From Eledone cirrhosa (lineage: Eukaryota), in contig OZ024741.1 of NCBI GenBank assembly GCA_964016885.1, forward strand, positions 78,616,001-78,680,000: a stretch of 64,000 nt of DNA. Direction: 5' to 3'. Of this stretch, positions 41,229-54,365 are shown in pieces. Position numbers and translations under genes: made by a program. How positions within the stretch are numbered: the first letter of the stretch is position 1; every line of letters begins with the position of its first letter. The notes under the pieces were generated by a model, which saw only the letters and a list, made by a program, of their open reading frames with translations, was not told the DNA's origin and ran no database searches.

Positions 41229-41420
41229 GGAAAATGTTCAAGACCCCGACGGCAGAGCTCAAGCCGTTTCGACGGCTATTTCTGGACTGTAATGGCCATC
41301 GAAACGGCTTGAGCTCTGCCGTCGGGTCTTGAACAGTTTTTTATTACCAACTCTACACGCTAAGTATTGAGTACTCTGGTGCGTTATGGTCCATCTGATT
41401 CCTTACCACACTTCCTTCAT
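41229..41420 (+). mobile_element. Fold-back mini-element related to the pLTR of the intact PLE
   Basis: Inverted arm of about 60 bp plus the pLTR 3' end (AAGTATTGAGTACTCTGGTGCGTTATGGTCCA..). Confidence 0.85.
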
Positions 41421-41422
41421 TA

Positions 41423-41454
<32 letters not shown>

Positions 41455-41790
41455 AGTATGTATGTATGTATACGTACATACATATATGTATACAGACGTA
41501 CAGTAGTATGTATATATATATACATACATGCACACATATATATATATGCACGTATCGGTTTACCGAACATTTATTATAATGCTCGGTTTAGGCAACCACG
41601 TCACCTTTTTGTTTAACACTGACACAGGATAGATGTACGAGTTTCAAGCTTATTAGCTATCGTCAGCATCGTATACCTTCCTGCCAGATGGTTGAACGTC
41701 TGAAAGTATATACTTTCCTTATGCATATTAACGGCTGAGCAGCCTAATTTGCATATCGAGTGAGTTTAGTCCCTCCCATCCGTTGCACCG
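41455..41790 (-). mobile_element. Second copy of the 424-bp retrozyme-like family
   Basis: Aligns with about 37010-37360. Confidence 0.75.
41632..41670 (-). ncRNA. Minimal type I hammerhead
   Basis: gatg CTGACGA t agct aata agct t GAAA ctcg TA catc; perfect stem I. Confidence 0.75.
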
Positions 41791-41929
41791 CCACTGCATA
41801 TATATAATTTTAAAAAATTATGCTCTGCGCCGCGCTCCTTCGCATTTGGTAAGATATTGGTTTTATACCGAATTTATTCATCTCCTATATATATATATAT
41901 ATGTATGTATATACATTCATTTATTATGG

Positions 41930-42110
41930 ATATTGGTGAGCTGTGTTACTCTAAAGTTTCGCCTGTGCACTCATAGAATCACCAGTCTTGTCTGGTGAGT
42001 ACGCAGGGGAGACTCCAGAGTAACAAGGCTTAGCCGTAATAAATGAATATTTAAACTCTACTTCGGTATTGAGTTTTCATTCTTACGTCTGTCAATAATT
42101 CACGTACTCT
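41930..42110 (+). mobile_element. Fold-back remnant with degenerate hammerheads in both arms
   Basis: Arms about 41944-41973 / 41996-42025; right arm cttgt CTGGTGA gtacgcaggg GAGA ctc ca gag TA acaag. Confidence 0.55.
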
Positions 42111-42419
42111 CAGGTTTTCAATAAACGTCCCCATCCCCCGCTTATTAATTTGTCAGATTTTTCCCCATACCCCGGTTTTTATTCACCCCACCACCAACCC
42201 GGTTATTAAATTTTGCTCATCTATCTCCGGTGAAATTTTATTGTAAGTGATTCATATAGATGCAGCAGCTGCAGAATCTAATAATTTTATTTTACATTAA
42301 AAGACATTATATACGACAAAAGAAGAACATTACAAGACATCCCATATTTACGAACGTACACTATACAATTACTGATTTCACAAGACCACACCACGACCGC
42401 CACCACCATTGTTGCCACC

Positions 42420-42795
42420 CCTCCTATTTTTGGGGACCCATGAGAGCCACCAAACTCTCCCCCTCTCTATGACTATCACACAATATTCTGTTTTACTCCC
42501 CCTCTCTGTATCTACTAAAACTAAACTCTACGCTTCTCTATATCTAACACAATATCGCCTCTCTTATCTCAATCCCTATATCTAGGACTAATATACTCTC
42601 TCACTCTCTATAAATATCTACACTTATCTCTTCCAATCCCCCTCTGTATACCAATCATCCCCAAACTCTCACCCTCTCTATATCTACTACACGGCCATCT
42701 GCCACTATCTCTCTGTGTATATCTACAACCACCAAACTCTCTACCTCTCTACATCTACTACACGGCACTCTCTTACCACCCCCCTCTCTATATCA
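42420..42795. repeat. Degenerate CT-rich minisatellite (CTCTCTATATCTACTACAC-like units)
   Basis: Recurrent CTCTCTATATCTA motifs. Confidence 0.6.
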
Positions 42796-42999
42796 ATTAC
42801 CACTTGATATAGACGTGATTTACTTTGCTCCAGATTTTTGCGGATTGTTGTAAAAAAGAACTGTGAGTTTATTGATCAATTTAATAACATTGTTTGGTTT
42901 AGCCCCTTGCCTTGGCCGTCAGACGTTAAGTCAACAAATTTTCGCCCCTTTCTGGGCGAAATTTTCAATTTTCATCTAAAAACTGTAGACTTGGTGGCA

Positions 43000-44790
43000 A
43001 TGGATGCCATTTCCACCTCGCACACTGTCGTGAGTGCCACACCCACTAAGAAAAGTGGTGGAGGGAAGGTAGGAGTACAAAGCTTGCAGCCGTCCCCCCT
43101 CGCATCATCGAAAAACGTGGAAAATATCGAAACCGCGAAACCAAATCCGGCAAATAATACCAGCACCAACAACAAGAACAATGACAACAACACCACAACC
43201 AACAACTGCAACACCAATATTACCAACAGTGACAGTAACACGAAAGACAACAACACCAAAACAACATTTGCACAGACCGTAAAAAAAAAACGAACTATAC
43301 ACGCCAATAGACATAACAAATGCTAAACAACTATTACAAGACGCAAAACAATTCGTGACTTTTGGCGAAAACGGTGCTTTTAGCATTAATTCTCCACAGG
43401 AATTACGTAGAGAGGCTGTCCTGAAAACCACAGTTTTCAGGACAGCCTCTCTATAATATCGAACGTAACAAGAAAACCAGCTCAATTATCACAAAATGAA
43501 ATTGAGATGGTTCTAAAAGACGCAATGAAGGACTTAACCTTCATACAAAAAGGTAAACTGTTTGGTAGCATTTCGGTGCTGATGAACAACCAGTCAACAG
43601 CTCAAAAGTACTCGATAGCACCCATTGTGTCCCCCCACTTCACCTTTTACCCCACATACAGGGGAAAAAGGACACAAAGAATAAAAATAATGAGTATCAC
43701 ACCAAATGTAAACATTTGGTGGATACTATGTGGAATAATAAACTTTGACGAAGACAAGATAATTTCAATAGGAAAGTCCTCTGGAGGTGTATTTGGTGGG
43801 ACCACAGTAGAAGTTCTGGTGCAAATGAGCCCAGAACGAATAGCGAATATCCCACAACGCGTGCCTCTGGACGGGCTAACTTATATAAACATTTCAGTGG
43901 GGGGAAGGCGGCCGTCATGTTTCCACTGCTTAAGCAGGGGTCACCTGAGGGCTGCCTGTCCTCAATTAACGAGTAAAAAAAAAAGGCTCTTCTGCCAACC
44001 CCGAACACAACAACCACCACCACCACCACCACCACCACCACCACCACCACCACAACAACAACACGGAAAAATAACAACACAAAACACTGTTCCACCCAAC
44101 CCCTCCCCACCTAAAACAAATACAAAAGCAACCACAACAAAACCCCAAAATATACCCCTCCCCAACAACACGGAAGAGGACTCCGTATCAACGTCACCCA
44201 GTGACGACGAGGGAGAACCCTTTCAACAGGTGAAAAGGAAAAAAAAAAGGCACCACATTAACAAAAATGCCACAAACACACAGCCACCAGCACAAACAGA
44301 ACAAACATCACAAATAAAAAAAACCACCCCTCCCCAAAACATAACACGTACTATAAAACGCAAACACCCGCAAGAACAACAAACAAAAACAAACACAACA
44401 CAACAAAAACTCTATACATACATTAACAAGAACAATAAAACGTTGATGAAAGCGATAGAAAATAACCCTTCGGTGGAAACCGAAAGGATCACTTTCACCT
44501 ACGCAGCGAACAAACCGCACCTAATGATGATTAGGGTCCCAACGGAAACCTATGTAACTTTGAAAAAGAACCATCCAATGCATGTGGGGACCAACTGCAC
44601 CAAACCACATAACAGCGTCCTATTGAGATGTTTCCCCACCCCCACACCAGACACCCACACCCCACCAAACACCCTAATCCCACCACACACTGATGTCCTC
44701 ACCCCACCACAAACCACCACCCCACCAAACAACCCTTCCAACACCCCCATGGAAATTGTGCAGCTTGGCCCCCAGGAGACGAAGAGGTAA
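43000..44790 (+). pseudogene. LINE ORF1 (gag-like, CCHC knuckle), frameshifted
   Basis: ATG at 43000; frame breaks before 43507; CFHCLSRGHLRAAC; Pro/Thr/Asn-rich linkers. Confidence 0.8.
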
Positions 44791-44832
44791 GTAATTTCCT
44801 TTCCTCTTCCTTTTTACCTCTTCAGCACAAAC

Positions 44833-47800
44833 ATGGCCAATATAAGAGTTGGATGTGTGAATGCACGCGGCTTGGGGATGTCCTGAAAACAGGGCAAACT
44901 CTTAAATGACCTCAGGTCGCACAGAGTGGATGTAATGGTTATTTACGAGTCCAGGATCAGCAGCGAGCGCCAACTGGCCCCCATCTTCGACGACTTTGAG
45001 ATCTACGCATCTCTCTGTCAGCCGAGGGGTGGGGGTGGGGTTGTCGTTCTGCTGCGAAAATACCTGGGTCTTGCCACACAGAAGGTACACCTGGACCCGG
45101 AGGGTCGACTGGTGGTTTTAGACGTCGGCAGTGGTGAAGGTGGAGCTTTCAGGCTGGTGGCAGCGTATGCCCCATCGGGGACACCGCGACCGGACTTCTT
45201 CCGACGCCTGGAGAATTTCCTGGGAACGTCTCGCTCCTTGCTTTTAGTGGGGGACTGGAATGGTATCCTGGATGCACGTTAGGACTATGTAGGGGCATGT
45301 CCCGATAGAGGGGGGTGTAACAGCCTCAAACGATTAATCGGCCGATTTGATCTGGCCGATAGATATCGACTGGATTTTCCGACTGTGCCACGGTGGAAGT
45401 GGAGTAATCGCAGTGGAACATCCAGGTCGTACCTAGATAGGTTCCTAGTTAGAAATAAGGATAGGGACATATTAAGCTGTCCACGAATGTTCATGGTTGA
45501 CCATTCGGCTCACAAGTTGGTGACCGGAGTGGTCAACCTTGATAGAACTCATAGACAGGGACCCGGTTACTCGAAGCTAAACTTGTCTTTACTGATAAAC
45601 AAAGCTTACAGTAAGCGGATTAGCACACTAGTTAAGCAGCGTTTGACGGGGGCAATTGTCAACAACAGGCGGTGGGGCTCTCTCAAGAGAGAAATTAGAA
45701 TAGAATCGATAGGTTTTAGTCGGGAATTAGCATCAGATAGGAATAGAACTGAAAGGGAATTAACAAATAGAGTAGAAGAGGCGATTAGGAGTGGCAACGT
45801 GGCCGGCGTGCTGGCGTCAAGAACGGCCCTAGACCAGTTCTTTGATGCGAAGCACGAGGGCTGCGTTGTCAGGAGTAACATTCGTGCTCTTGGTAACGAG
45901 GGAGCCAAAGCTGTTAGCTGGGCCCGAGTGACAGAGGCAAAAAGTGGAAACAAGTCCACGATTCGGTCTTTGAAGGACCAGGATGGACGCGTGATCCTTG
46001 AACCTGAGCGGATGAGCGCGGCCTTTCAACGGCGCTTTGCACGACTGTTCGGGAGGGGCGGCGGGCCGGCTGGGGCCATGGATTTCGGTCCATACCTCGA
46101 CGGTCTGGCGTGGCTCTCGCGAGAGGCCGATTTCAGCCGCTGAAATAGGGGAAGCGCTGAGCCAATGCGGCAAACGCAAATCTCCGGGTCTCGATGGTCT
46201 ACCATACGAACTTTATGTAGCGATGCCGGGCTTGTTCTCCGGTCTCCTCGAGGCGGTCTACTGCAACTGGCAACAGAACGGGAGAATTCCCAGTTCTGTG
46301 ACCAAGGGCGTAGTCACGCTGGTGAGGAAGGACGAGAACAAGGGGGATGACATAGATAACTTCAGGCCCATAACTCTGCTAAACACAGAGTTAAAGATTT
46401 TGGCCAAGGTGTTAGCGAAGAGGTTGGCGCTTGTCGTCGGGAACCTGGTGGGAGAAGCGCAGACATGCGCAATCACGTACAGGTCCATACACGACAACCT
46501 CCACCTCATGCGATACATCGTAGAGAGGGTAGGGAACGAACCCGGCTTTGGTGGGGCCCTGATCAACTTGGATCAATCTAAAGCGTTCGATAGGGTTGAC
46601 CATCGGTACCTGGATGCGGTGCTCGCGGCGGCAGGCTTCGGACCCGTTTTCAGGGGCTGGATTGCTGCAATGCACAGCAGCAACACTTGCTCGAGGGTCA
46701 AGGTGAACGGCTACCTCTCGGAGCCGTTCCAAATCACGCGATCCATTCGACAGGGATGCCCTCTCTCCTCCCTCCTGTATGTGCTGGCTCTCGAGCCACT
46801 ACTGAGGAAACTGGAGGTGTTGCAGGGCATCCCCTTGGAACCGGGATTGCGGAAAGCGGTGTCGGCCTACGCCGATGACGTGACAGTAATGGTGTCGTGC
46901 GCCTCGGAAATCGGGCAGATCGGCACCTTACTGGAGGAATATGAAAGGTTCACAGGAGCCAAGCTGAACCGGGACAAATCCGTCGGTTTGCAACTCGGGA
47001 CGTGGAGGGGCAAAACGATGCCCTCCGACGGCATCGTCGGACGCTGGACGGAGGGACTGGTGAAGCTGCCCGGAGTCTGGTTCGGACCGGACCTCCAGGT
47101 GGAGAAAAACTGGGACGAGGTAACGGGCAAGGTGTTTGCACTCGCCCAGAAGTGGGCTGAGTGCAAACTATCCCTGAAAGGTCGAGCGGAGGTGGCGAAC
47201 GCTTATATAGCGTCCGTCATCTACTACCGCTTGACCGTCGTGCCTTGCCCAGAGAAAACACTCGCCAAAATGGAGCGCGTGCTCTTCCGATTTCTTTGGA
47301 AGAAGCGGGCTCCTTTGGTGAGAAGATCCATCTGCTGTCAACACCCTTCGAACGGAGGGCAGGGGATGCCGTGGCTGACGATGCGTAGACACGCATTAAG
47401 GCTACGGCACCTCCAGGTATTCCTCACCGGTCAGCCGGTGTGGGCCCTGTTTGTGAGGCGAGCCTTTCCGAGACTCGTCTCACTCACCGAGCTGCAATCC
47501 TGGGTCAAGCAAAGACCGAGAAAAGTGGGCGACTGGCACATTGAATGTGCCCAGGCGCTCACGGCCCTCTGGCAAGCGGATCCGGCAATCAGTGGAGACT
47601 CAACCTCAACATTCTATAGAAGGTTGGTGCGCAATAAGTGCGACGACGCTCTCGGAGAGGCTCTGGGCATGGAGGAAGACGAGCTGGCCAGTCTGTTCGG
47701 TAGGACGTTTGGCCCGGGACCGATGGACAACTTCCAAAAGTCCCTGGCTTGGCAATGTTACCGAGGAGCTCTACCCGTTCGGGACAACCTCTACAGACAC

Positions 47801-48246
47801 GGGCGCCCGGGTAGGGACCCCTCGAAGAAGATCTGTCCAAGATGCGTGAGTGACGAGGAAACCGTCTCACACGCATTCGTACACTGCCCGCGCGTTGCTG
47901 ACCTGTGGGGCTATGTAGAACGACTACTGTCGCGGGTGGGACCACTCCGGTTGACCACCGAGAACATTGTCACAATCAAACCGCCCCCCCCCCCCTTTCA
48001 AAAACGAAGGAGAGGCGGTTTTCCTCTGCCATGGCGAAAGAAGTTGTATGGTGGACAAGATTGAAAGGGCTGAGGTCAGACACCTTTCTCTCCGGCCAAC
48101 AACTGGTCTTTTTTTTCAAGTACCACTTTAGAAGAAGGATCAGAATGGAGAGAGAGGTGCTGTACCCCAGCAAGTTTTATGAAAGATGGGTGAAAGTAGC
48201 GAGAATGGCCCGAGTGAATGGGCCTTCTCTCTATATCAGCCTGTAG
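44833..48246 (+). pseudogene. LINE ORF2 (APE endonuclease + RT + C-terminal Zn motif), with stops and frameshifts
   Basis: GCVNARGL, GDWN, SYLDR, KSPGLDG, FRPITLLN, LDQSKAFDRV, RQGCPLS, YADD, CPRC..ETVSHAFVHC; stops at 44884 and 45280. Confidence 0.92.
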
Positions 48247-48849
48247 GTGAGAGAGGAGAAGAATGAGAAGAGGAAGGAAGCACCCGCTCTTTGTGCTCCT
48301 GAAGAGGAGGGTTGCACATTTTTTCGGGGGTGTGTGCGACCCATGTCAACGCCCCTCCCTATTGAGGACATCGATTGTTAAATTTAATTTGTTATATGTT
48401 TTTTACACGTCTTTTTAAATGTATGTAAACTCCCCCCTTTGTATTTGTCCCAATCTTTGATGCCCTGGTGGCAAATAAATAGAAATATATATCAACTTAC
48501 ACGACTCCGCAAGGAGTTAAGGGATCCTTATCCTTTATCCTTATATATATATATATATATATATACAACCCTTATTGAGTTCTCTCTGGATTTTGGTCAT
48601 TGTATTTATTATTACTATACATACATAGCTGAACAAATAACTAAGCCAGACACAGAGATGCATGAATATAAAGTCTTATTAGGATGACGCTAGGAGGAAG
48701 TACTCGCTCATGTGTGTTAATAGACTGATTGTCCGATTTAACCTAAGGTAGTTTTAGATATCGAAAATGTGATATACTAGTAAAATTCAGAAAATACAGT
48801 GAACATCATATAACTATAAATAAATATTTTATATAATTATTTAACGTTA

Positions 48850-49027
48850 TTGGCAGTATCAGTGGAGAGTCGAACGCCATGCTTTGCAACATAGAGTTAC
48901 GTCTCTTTACGGTCTGAGTTCTAATCCTGCCCAGGTTAACTTTGCCTTTCATCCTTACGGGGTCGATAAAATAAAGTACCAGTAATGCACTGGGATAATT
49001 GCTGGCCTTGTGCCAAAAATAGAAACA
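48850..49027 (+). mobile_element. SINE (Meta-like core family)
   Basis: Colinear with 11681-11859. Confidence 0.8.
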
Positions 49028-49354
49028 GTTATATTATGTAAATGTTTAAATATTAATACCGTAAATTGTAAATTCGATTTACTTGTTATAGAATACATGT
49101 GTGTTCGATATAATGGTAGTGTGGTTTGAATTGTATCCCACTCGTAGACGTCTGATAAAACTGCGAAGGGACAGAATCAATAGAATACGGCTCGGCAATA
49201 TCTTCTGCAGGCTTAAAAACGTCACAAGGGTTAAACAAATTAACTTGCGTCCCCCAAAATTGTTAGCCTTGTGCCTAAATCAGAAACTATTATTTAGTGA
49301 CTAGAGAGACAATTGATATTTTAATCACTACTCCCACTGCCCCTCTCCGTTTCC

Positions 49355-49390
<36 letters not shown>

Positions 49391-50272
49391 TAGCTAAGTT
49401 TAATCAACAATCAAACACTTTCGCTATCAAGAATACATCATGGAAATATGTGTTTCTATACAAACTTCTGTTGATTTCATGTAATCTACATCCAGTAACT
49501 TTTAGTTCTTCAAGCTAGACATTTTAATTCGACTTTATTCTGTAATAAATTTCTTTTTTATTCGTGTTGAAATGGAACAATTTCACTAGCAGAAATAAAT
49601 ATTCATTCAGAAATAAATGCTAGTTCTAAATTTAATTCTTGCTTTTTCATTAGAGTTCTCATGAATTTTCTTCTACATGCTAAACGTGTGGGAAGTCTAC
49701 ACTTTAAATATATTATATAACATACACTTTAAAAAAAAATGCTCGTCTTTTCTACAGCGTTAATCTCTATCTTTTTCCACACCAGTGACGGAACCGTCTT
49801 CGAGATAGGTGAACACAGTTCTTTACTTGAAGGGTAAGTGAACATAAACGAAGTATAAACGAAATACTACTTACAGTATACAGACCAAACTGACGACGTT
49901 GGTGTGTTTATATATTTTCTGTAGATAACATATATGGTTAATTTGACTGTCAAAGTTATTACATTTGCAATAATATTATATATTACATTTGCAGTAATAT
50001 AATATATATTACATTTACAATAAGGTAATATATTATAGTTGTTTGTTTTGTTCATGGATTATTCTCTATTATCTTCATAATTGTATGTGTATGCACTACT
50101 ACTAATATTTATATATATGAATTCGTAATATATCCTATAACTCAATACAATTACATTTACAATATGTTTTATAGTGGAGCAACAGATGAGAAAATGTATT
50201 TCTGAAGCAGAATAATTCTACTGTACATTGCTTCTATTCACTTGGCAGTTGGTGAAGTGAAGTTACGGGAAA

Positions 50273-50603
50273 TTGGCAGAATCGTTAGTGCTTAGGACAA
50301 AAACCATGTGGTTATATTTGCGACTCTTGCATTCTGAATTCGAATCCAGCCGCTGTCAAATTTGCCTTTCATCGTGTCTGAGTCAACAAAATAATGGTCT
50401 CTGATTTAGCCACAAGGCCAACAACTTTGGGGGAAAGGGAAAGTCAAATTAAATCGACCCCAGGGCATTACTGGTATTTTATTTTATTGACCTCGTAAGG
50501 ATGAAAGGCAAAGCTAACCTCGGTGGGATTTGAACTCAGACCGTAAAGGGCCGTAACTATATGCTGCTATGCTTGTTGTCCGACGCTCTACCGATTCTGC
50601 CGC
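50273..50603. mobile_element. Two SINE copies tail to tail (50273-50393 +, 50410-50603 -)
   Basis: Core motif present on both strands. Confidence 0.65.
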
Positions 50604-51362
50604 TGGTGGATTGGCTGAATTATTACAGCGTTAGAGGAGATGCCTTGCAGTATTTAATCTGGATCCAGTTATTTATGTTCTGAATTCTTGGGTAGTGGAC
50701 TTCATCACGACCAACTGGTCCTTGAATGTTTTTAATGGAGTCAGGTCGTGGGTTCGGATGTGATATTGGTGTTTACTTGTTTTTCTTGAATAGAATAGTG
50801 TCCTCTACATTGCTTCAATTTACCCAGCTGTCGGTGAACTGAACACTTGTATGTATGGTATCACATCTCAGATTCAGTTGGTTGTTCAACTTTATACTAA
50901 CACCAATTAGACAATGTTGGTGGTTTATTTTCTAAATGGTACAAATCACGCAGTGTTTAGGGCGGCGTTGGGGAGGACAAATGGTTCTAAAGCAATCCCA
51001 GTGATCGTGCTCTATCATAACATTCATTTGAAGTCAATTTCAGCGGGATACCTGAAGACGGAGCAATATTTTTTTCTATATTTCTCATTCTTTCATTTAT
51101 TTAGTATCATTGTGTAAAATGGTATTTTCATCAATTAGTAAATTAATTGGTGAAACGTTTTATTATTAATTAATTTATATATTTATATATTTATATATTT
51201 ATATATTTATTTATTTTTGAAAATGAGTCGAATGCTTTTGTGTTGTGTTTAATTTTCTCAAGGGCCCAGTCTTTCTCTCACTGTATTGGCAGTTTATCCC
51301 GGGTTCAATCGGGGGTAACCACAGTAAGTAAGGTACTCAATACATAACAGAGTATAAATATT

Positions 51363-51482
51363 TAATATAGAAATAGCTTCTACAGGACTAGAACTGTTTC
51401 ATCCGGGAGAAATCATCAGGACTTCCTGGTGATTTCTCCCGAATGAAGCAGTTCTAGTCCTGTAGAAGACATTTCTATATTA
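51363..51482. mobile_element. 120-bp fold-back of a hammerhead-bearing pLTR end
   Basis: Arms 51363-51420 / 51425-51482; each arm spans a hammerhead core of the 51876 family. Confidence 0.8.
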
Positions 51483-51760
51483 TATATATATATATGTATG
51501 TATGTATATATATATGTATATATATTATATGTATGTATGTATATATATATGTATATATAATATATGTATATATATATATATATATATTTATATTTATGTA
51601 TGTATATATATATATGTATGTATATATATATAAGTATATATATATATATATTTATATTTATGTATGTATATATATATATATATGTATGTATATATAAGTA
51701 TATATATATATATGTATATATATGTATGTATATATATATGTATATATTTATATATATATG

Positions 51761-51798
<38 letters not shown>

Positions 51799-51875
51799 TG
51801 TATGTATATATATATGTATATATTTATATATAAATGTATATATATATATGTGTATATAAGTTTTAATATAGAAGA

Positions 51876-51924
51876 GATTCTACAGGACTAGAACTGTTTC
51901 ATTCTTTAGAAATCATCAGGAATC
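51876..51924 (-). ncRNA. Type I hammerhead ribozyme
   Basis: gattc CTGATGA t ttct aa agaa t GAAA cag ttctagtc ctg TA gaatc; all three stems pair. Confidence 0.85.
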
Positions 51925-52068
51925 TGGGTATCAAAAACTAAATCAACCAATGACCTCTACCCATCTCACTCCCTACCTATAAATACCTTATTTATTTTTT
52001 GATACCCAGATATATGTGTATATATATGTATATATATATGTATATAAGTATATATATATATATGTATA

Positions 52069-52111
<43 letters not shown>

Positions 52112-52113
<2 letters not shown>

Positions 52114-52299
52114 CAAAGGAATTGTGGTAAGGAACCAGATGGACCATAACGCACCAGAGTACTCAATACTTAGGGTAGTAGAATGGGAAATAGGAAAAAG
52201 TATGATCCCGACGGCAGAGCTCAAGCCGTTTCGACGGCTATTTCTGGACTAAATAGCCGTCGAAACGGCTTGAGCTCTGCCGTCGGGGTCATACTTTTT

Positions 52300-52301
<2 letters not shown>
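52112..52301 (-). mobile_element. Fold-back mini-element related to the pLTR of the intact PLE
   Basis: Same structure as 41229-41420 and 55341-55533, opposite orientation. Confidence 0.88.
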
Positions 52302-52334
<33 letters not shown>

Positions 52335-52599
52335 GCATGCATGCATACATACACGCACTTCATAATTTATTTCTGATTTAAAAAACCCATTCAAGCCCTC
52401 AATGCTATCGCCTCCATTAATATAACTCCTCGTTTTACAAATGTCCTCCATTATAAATGTCGTGAATGGAAAATTCCATTACGTCAGCAATTTTGTAAGT
52501 AAGTAAACTGAAAATAAAGATATTTTACATAATAAGGTAAATAGTGTTTGGATATTATGAGCTTCTGAAGTTCTCTTCAAATAACATTAACATTAAGTA

Positions 52600-52859
52600 T
52601 GGAAGCAATCTCTTCCTTTCTTTCCACCTTTCCTTCTTTCTCTCTATATTTCTTTCTTTCATTCGTTCATGTGGTTTCTTTCTTTTTCATACTCTCTTTC
52701 GCTCTCTTAATCTCACCCTCATTTTCTGAATATATTCTCTTTCTTTCTTTCTTTCTCTCTTTCTTTCTTTCTGTTCCACTCTATTTGACTCTTCTTTTCC
52801 CTCTCTCTTTTGAAATGATTTAAAAAATGTTAAATCCTTCACTCTCAGACACACACACA

Positions 52860-52911
<52 letters not shown>

Positions 52912-53370
52912 CCCCCATTGCTTTCCTCATTCCCTTACTTACATATCTCGCTCTCTCTTTCTTTGTCTATTTCATTCGCATACACAAATTATATTCACAT
53001 GCTCTCTTTCAACATTTCAAAACCTTTCTTTCTTCCCCCTTTCTCTCTATCTATTTTACTTCATCTTCCTCTCTCTCTCTCCCTCGATATATAAGTCTTA
53101 TTTTCTCTCTCATCTACTCACGCTCTTCTTTTTTGCTCTCTTCTTTTACTCTTTTACTTACATTCTCTCTTTCTTTTACGCTCCCTAGGTTTGTATCTAA
53201 ATTTCTCACTCATCTCTCTCTTCTGAACAATATTTCTTCTCTCAATATTCTATTAATCACACACCCTTTCTCTCCCCCCTCCCCCTCTCTCTATTTTATC
53301 ACATTTCTTTCTCACACACTTGCTCATTCTTACATCTTTCCTTTCTTTTCACTCACCCATTTAGTTATTC
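52600..53370. repeat. CT-rich low-complexity tract
   Basis: Direct reading. Confidence 0.85.
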
Positions 53371-53770
53371 ACTCACTCAAATAATAACCCAAACCCCGGG
53401 GTTTACAAATATCATACAGAAAATAGCCCTACTTAGGCATATTACGTAGAGCATTTCATTACAATAGAAACAACAAAAACAAAACAAACCCTGATCACAG
53501 ACATCAATCGCTGCCATCCTTAATTGGACTAAAGAGATCAAAGATCTTTACAGAATTTGATAGCTGAGTACAAAGAATTGCACATTCAAGCAAGGAGAGC
53601 CTGCCTGTACACGCAACGGAGGACTGGATGTCGAGGAGTAATCAGTATCAAAGAATGTATTGCCAATGAACATTAATTGCTTGATCAGTACTTGGCAAGT
53701 AGCAATAGACTGCTCGTGTAGTATGTTGTAGAGAGAATAATGAGAACAATAATGTTTAGAAAGAATAATT

Positions 53771-53938
53771 GTTTCTACTTTAGGCACAAGGCCAGCAATT
53801 ACCCAGCACATTACTGGTACTTTATTTTATCGACCCCGTAAGGATGAAAGGCAAAATTAACCTCGGCGGGATTTGAACTCAGATCATAAAGAGACGTAAC
53901 TCTATGCTAGAAAGCATGGCGTCCAACCCTCTACCGAT
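53771..53938 (-). mobile_element. SINE (Meta-like core family)
   Basis: Reverse complement of 11681-11859. Confidence 0.8.
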
Positions 53939-53939
53939 A

Positions 53940-54365
53940 AGAATAATGTTGCCACATCTGGTCTGGTGCTTCTGCCGTGCATCTTAAGAGTGTAGATAAG
54001 ATCCAAAGAAGAATCATCAACATTATTGGTCTTGTCCTATCATGTCAACTTCAGTCACTATCACATCGTCAAAACGTTGTCTCTGTGTGACTTCTCTTAA
54101 AAAAATTTCCATGGAAACGTTTCTGGTGAGCTTTCCTCTTTGTAGCTTCGTCTTCACGTTGAAGTTTCTAAATGCAATCGCAAGTTCTATTCTGCTAGTT
54201 TCTCCCCTCGCATAATTCGTCACTCATTGATTGCTCCATAACCCCTAATAGTTTGCCGCTGTTCGTCCAGGGCTGCTTATTCGTCGGCAGGAGCCCACAT
54301 ATAGCAACTAACCACCATATATGGTGGCCGTTTCGCTACCTGACACCGGCAACCTGTTCTCTAGC
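53940..54365 (-). pseudogene. Possible decayed 5' end of an RTE-type LINE
   Basis: LAIAFRNFNVKT..RGKL..DVIVTEV resembles an APE N-terminus; a structured GC-richer leader lies upstream. Confidence 0.35.

Larger units (their letters stand above)
42930..48490 (+). mobile_element. Near full-length Tx1/L1-clade LINE, inactivated
   Basis: ORF1 with zinc knuckle followed by APE-RT ORF2 and a 3' UTR ending GGCAAATAAATAGAAA; 5' boundary approximate. Confidence 0.88.

Noticed and set aside
42788-48503. TSD or specific RNA-gene target for the Tx1-type LINE
   Set aside because: TATATCAATTACCAC vs TATATCAACTTACAC match only partly, and no snRNA, tRNA or 5S target is recognisable.
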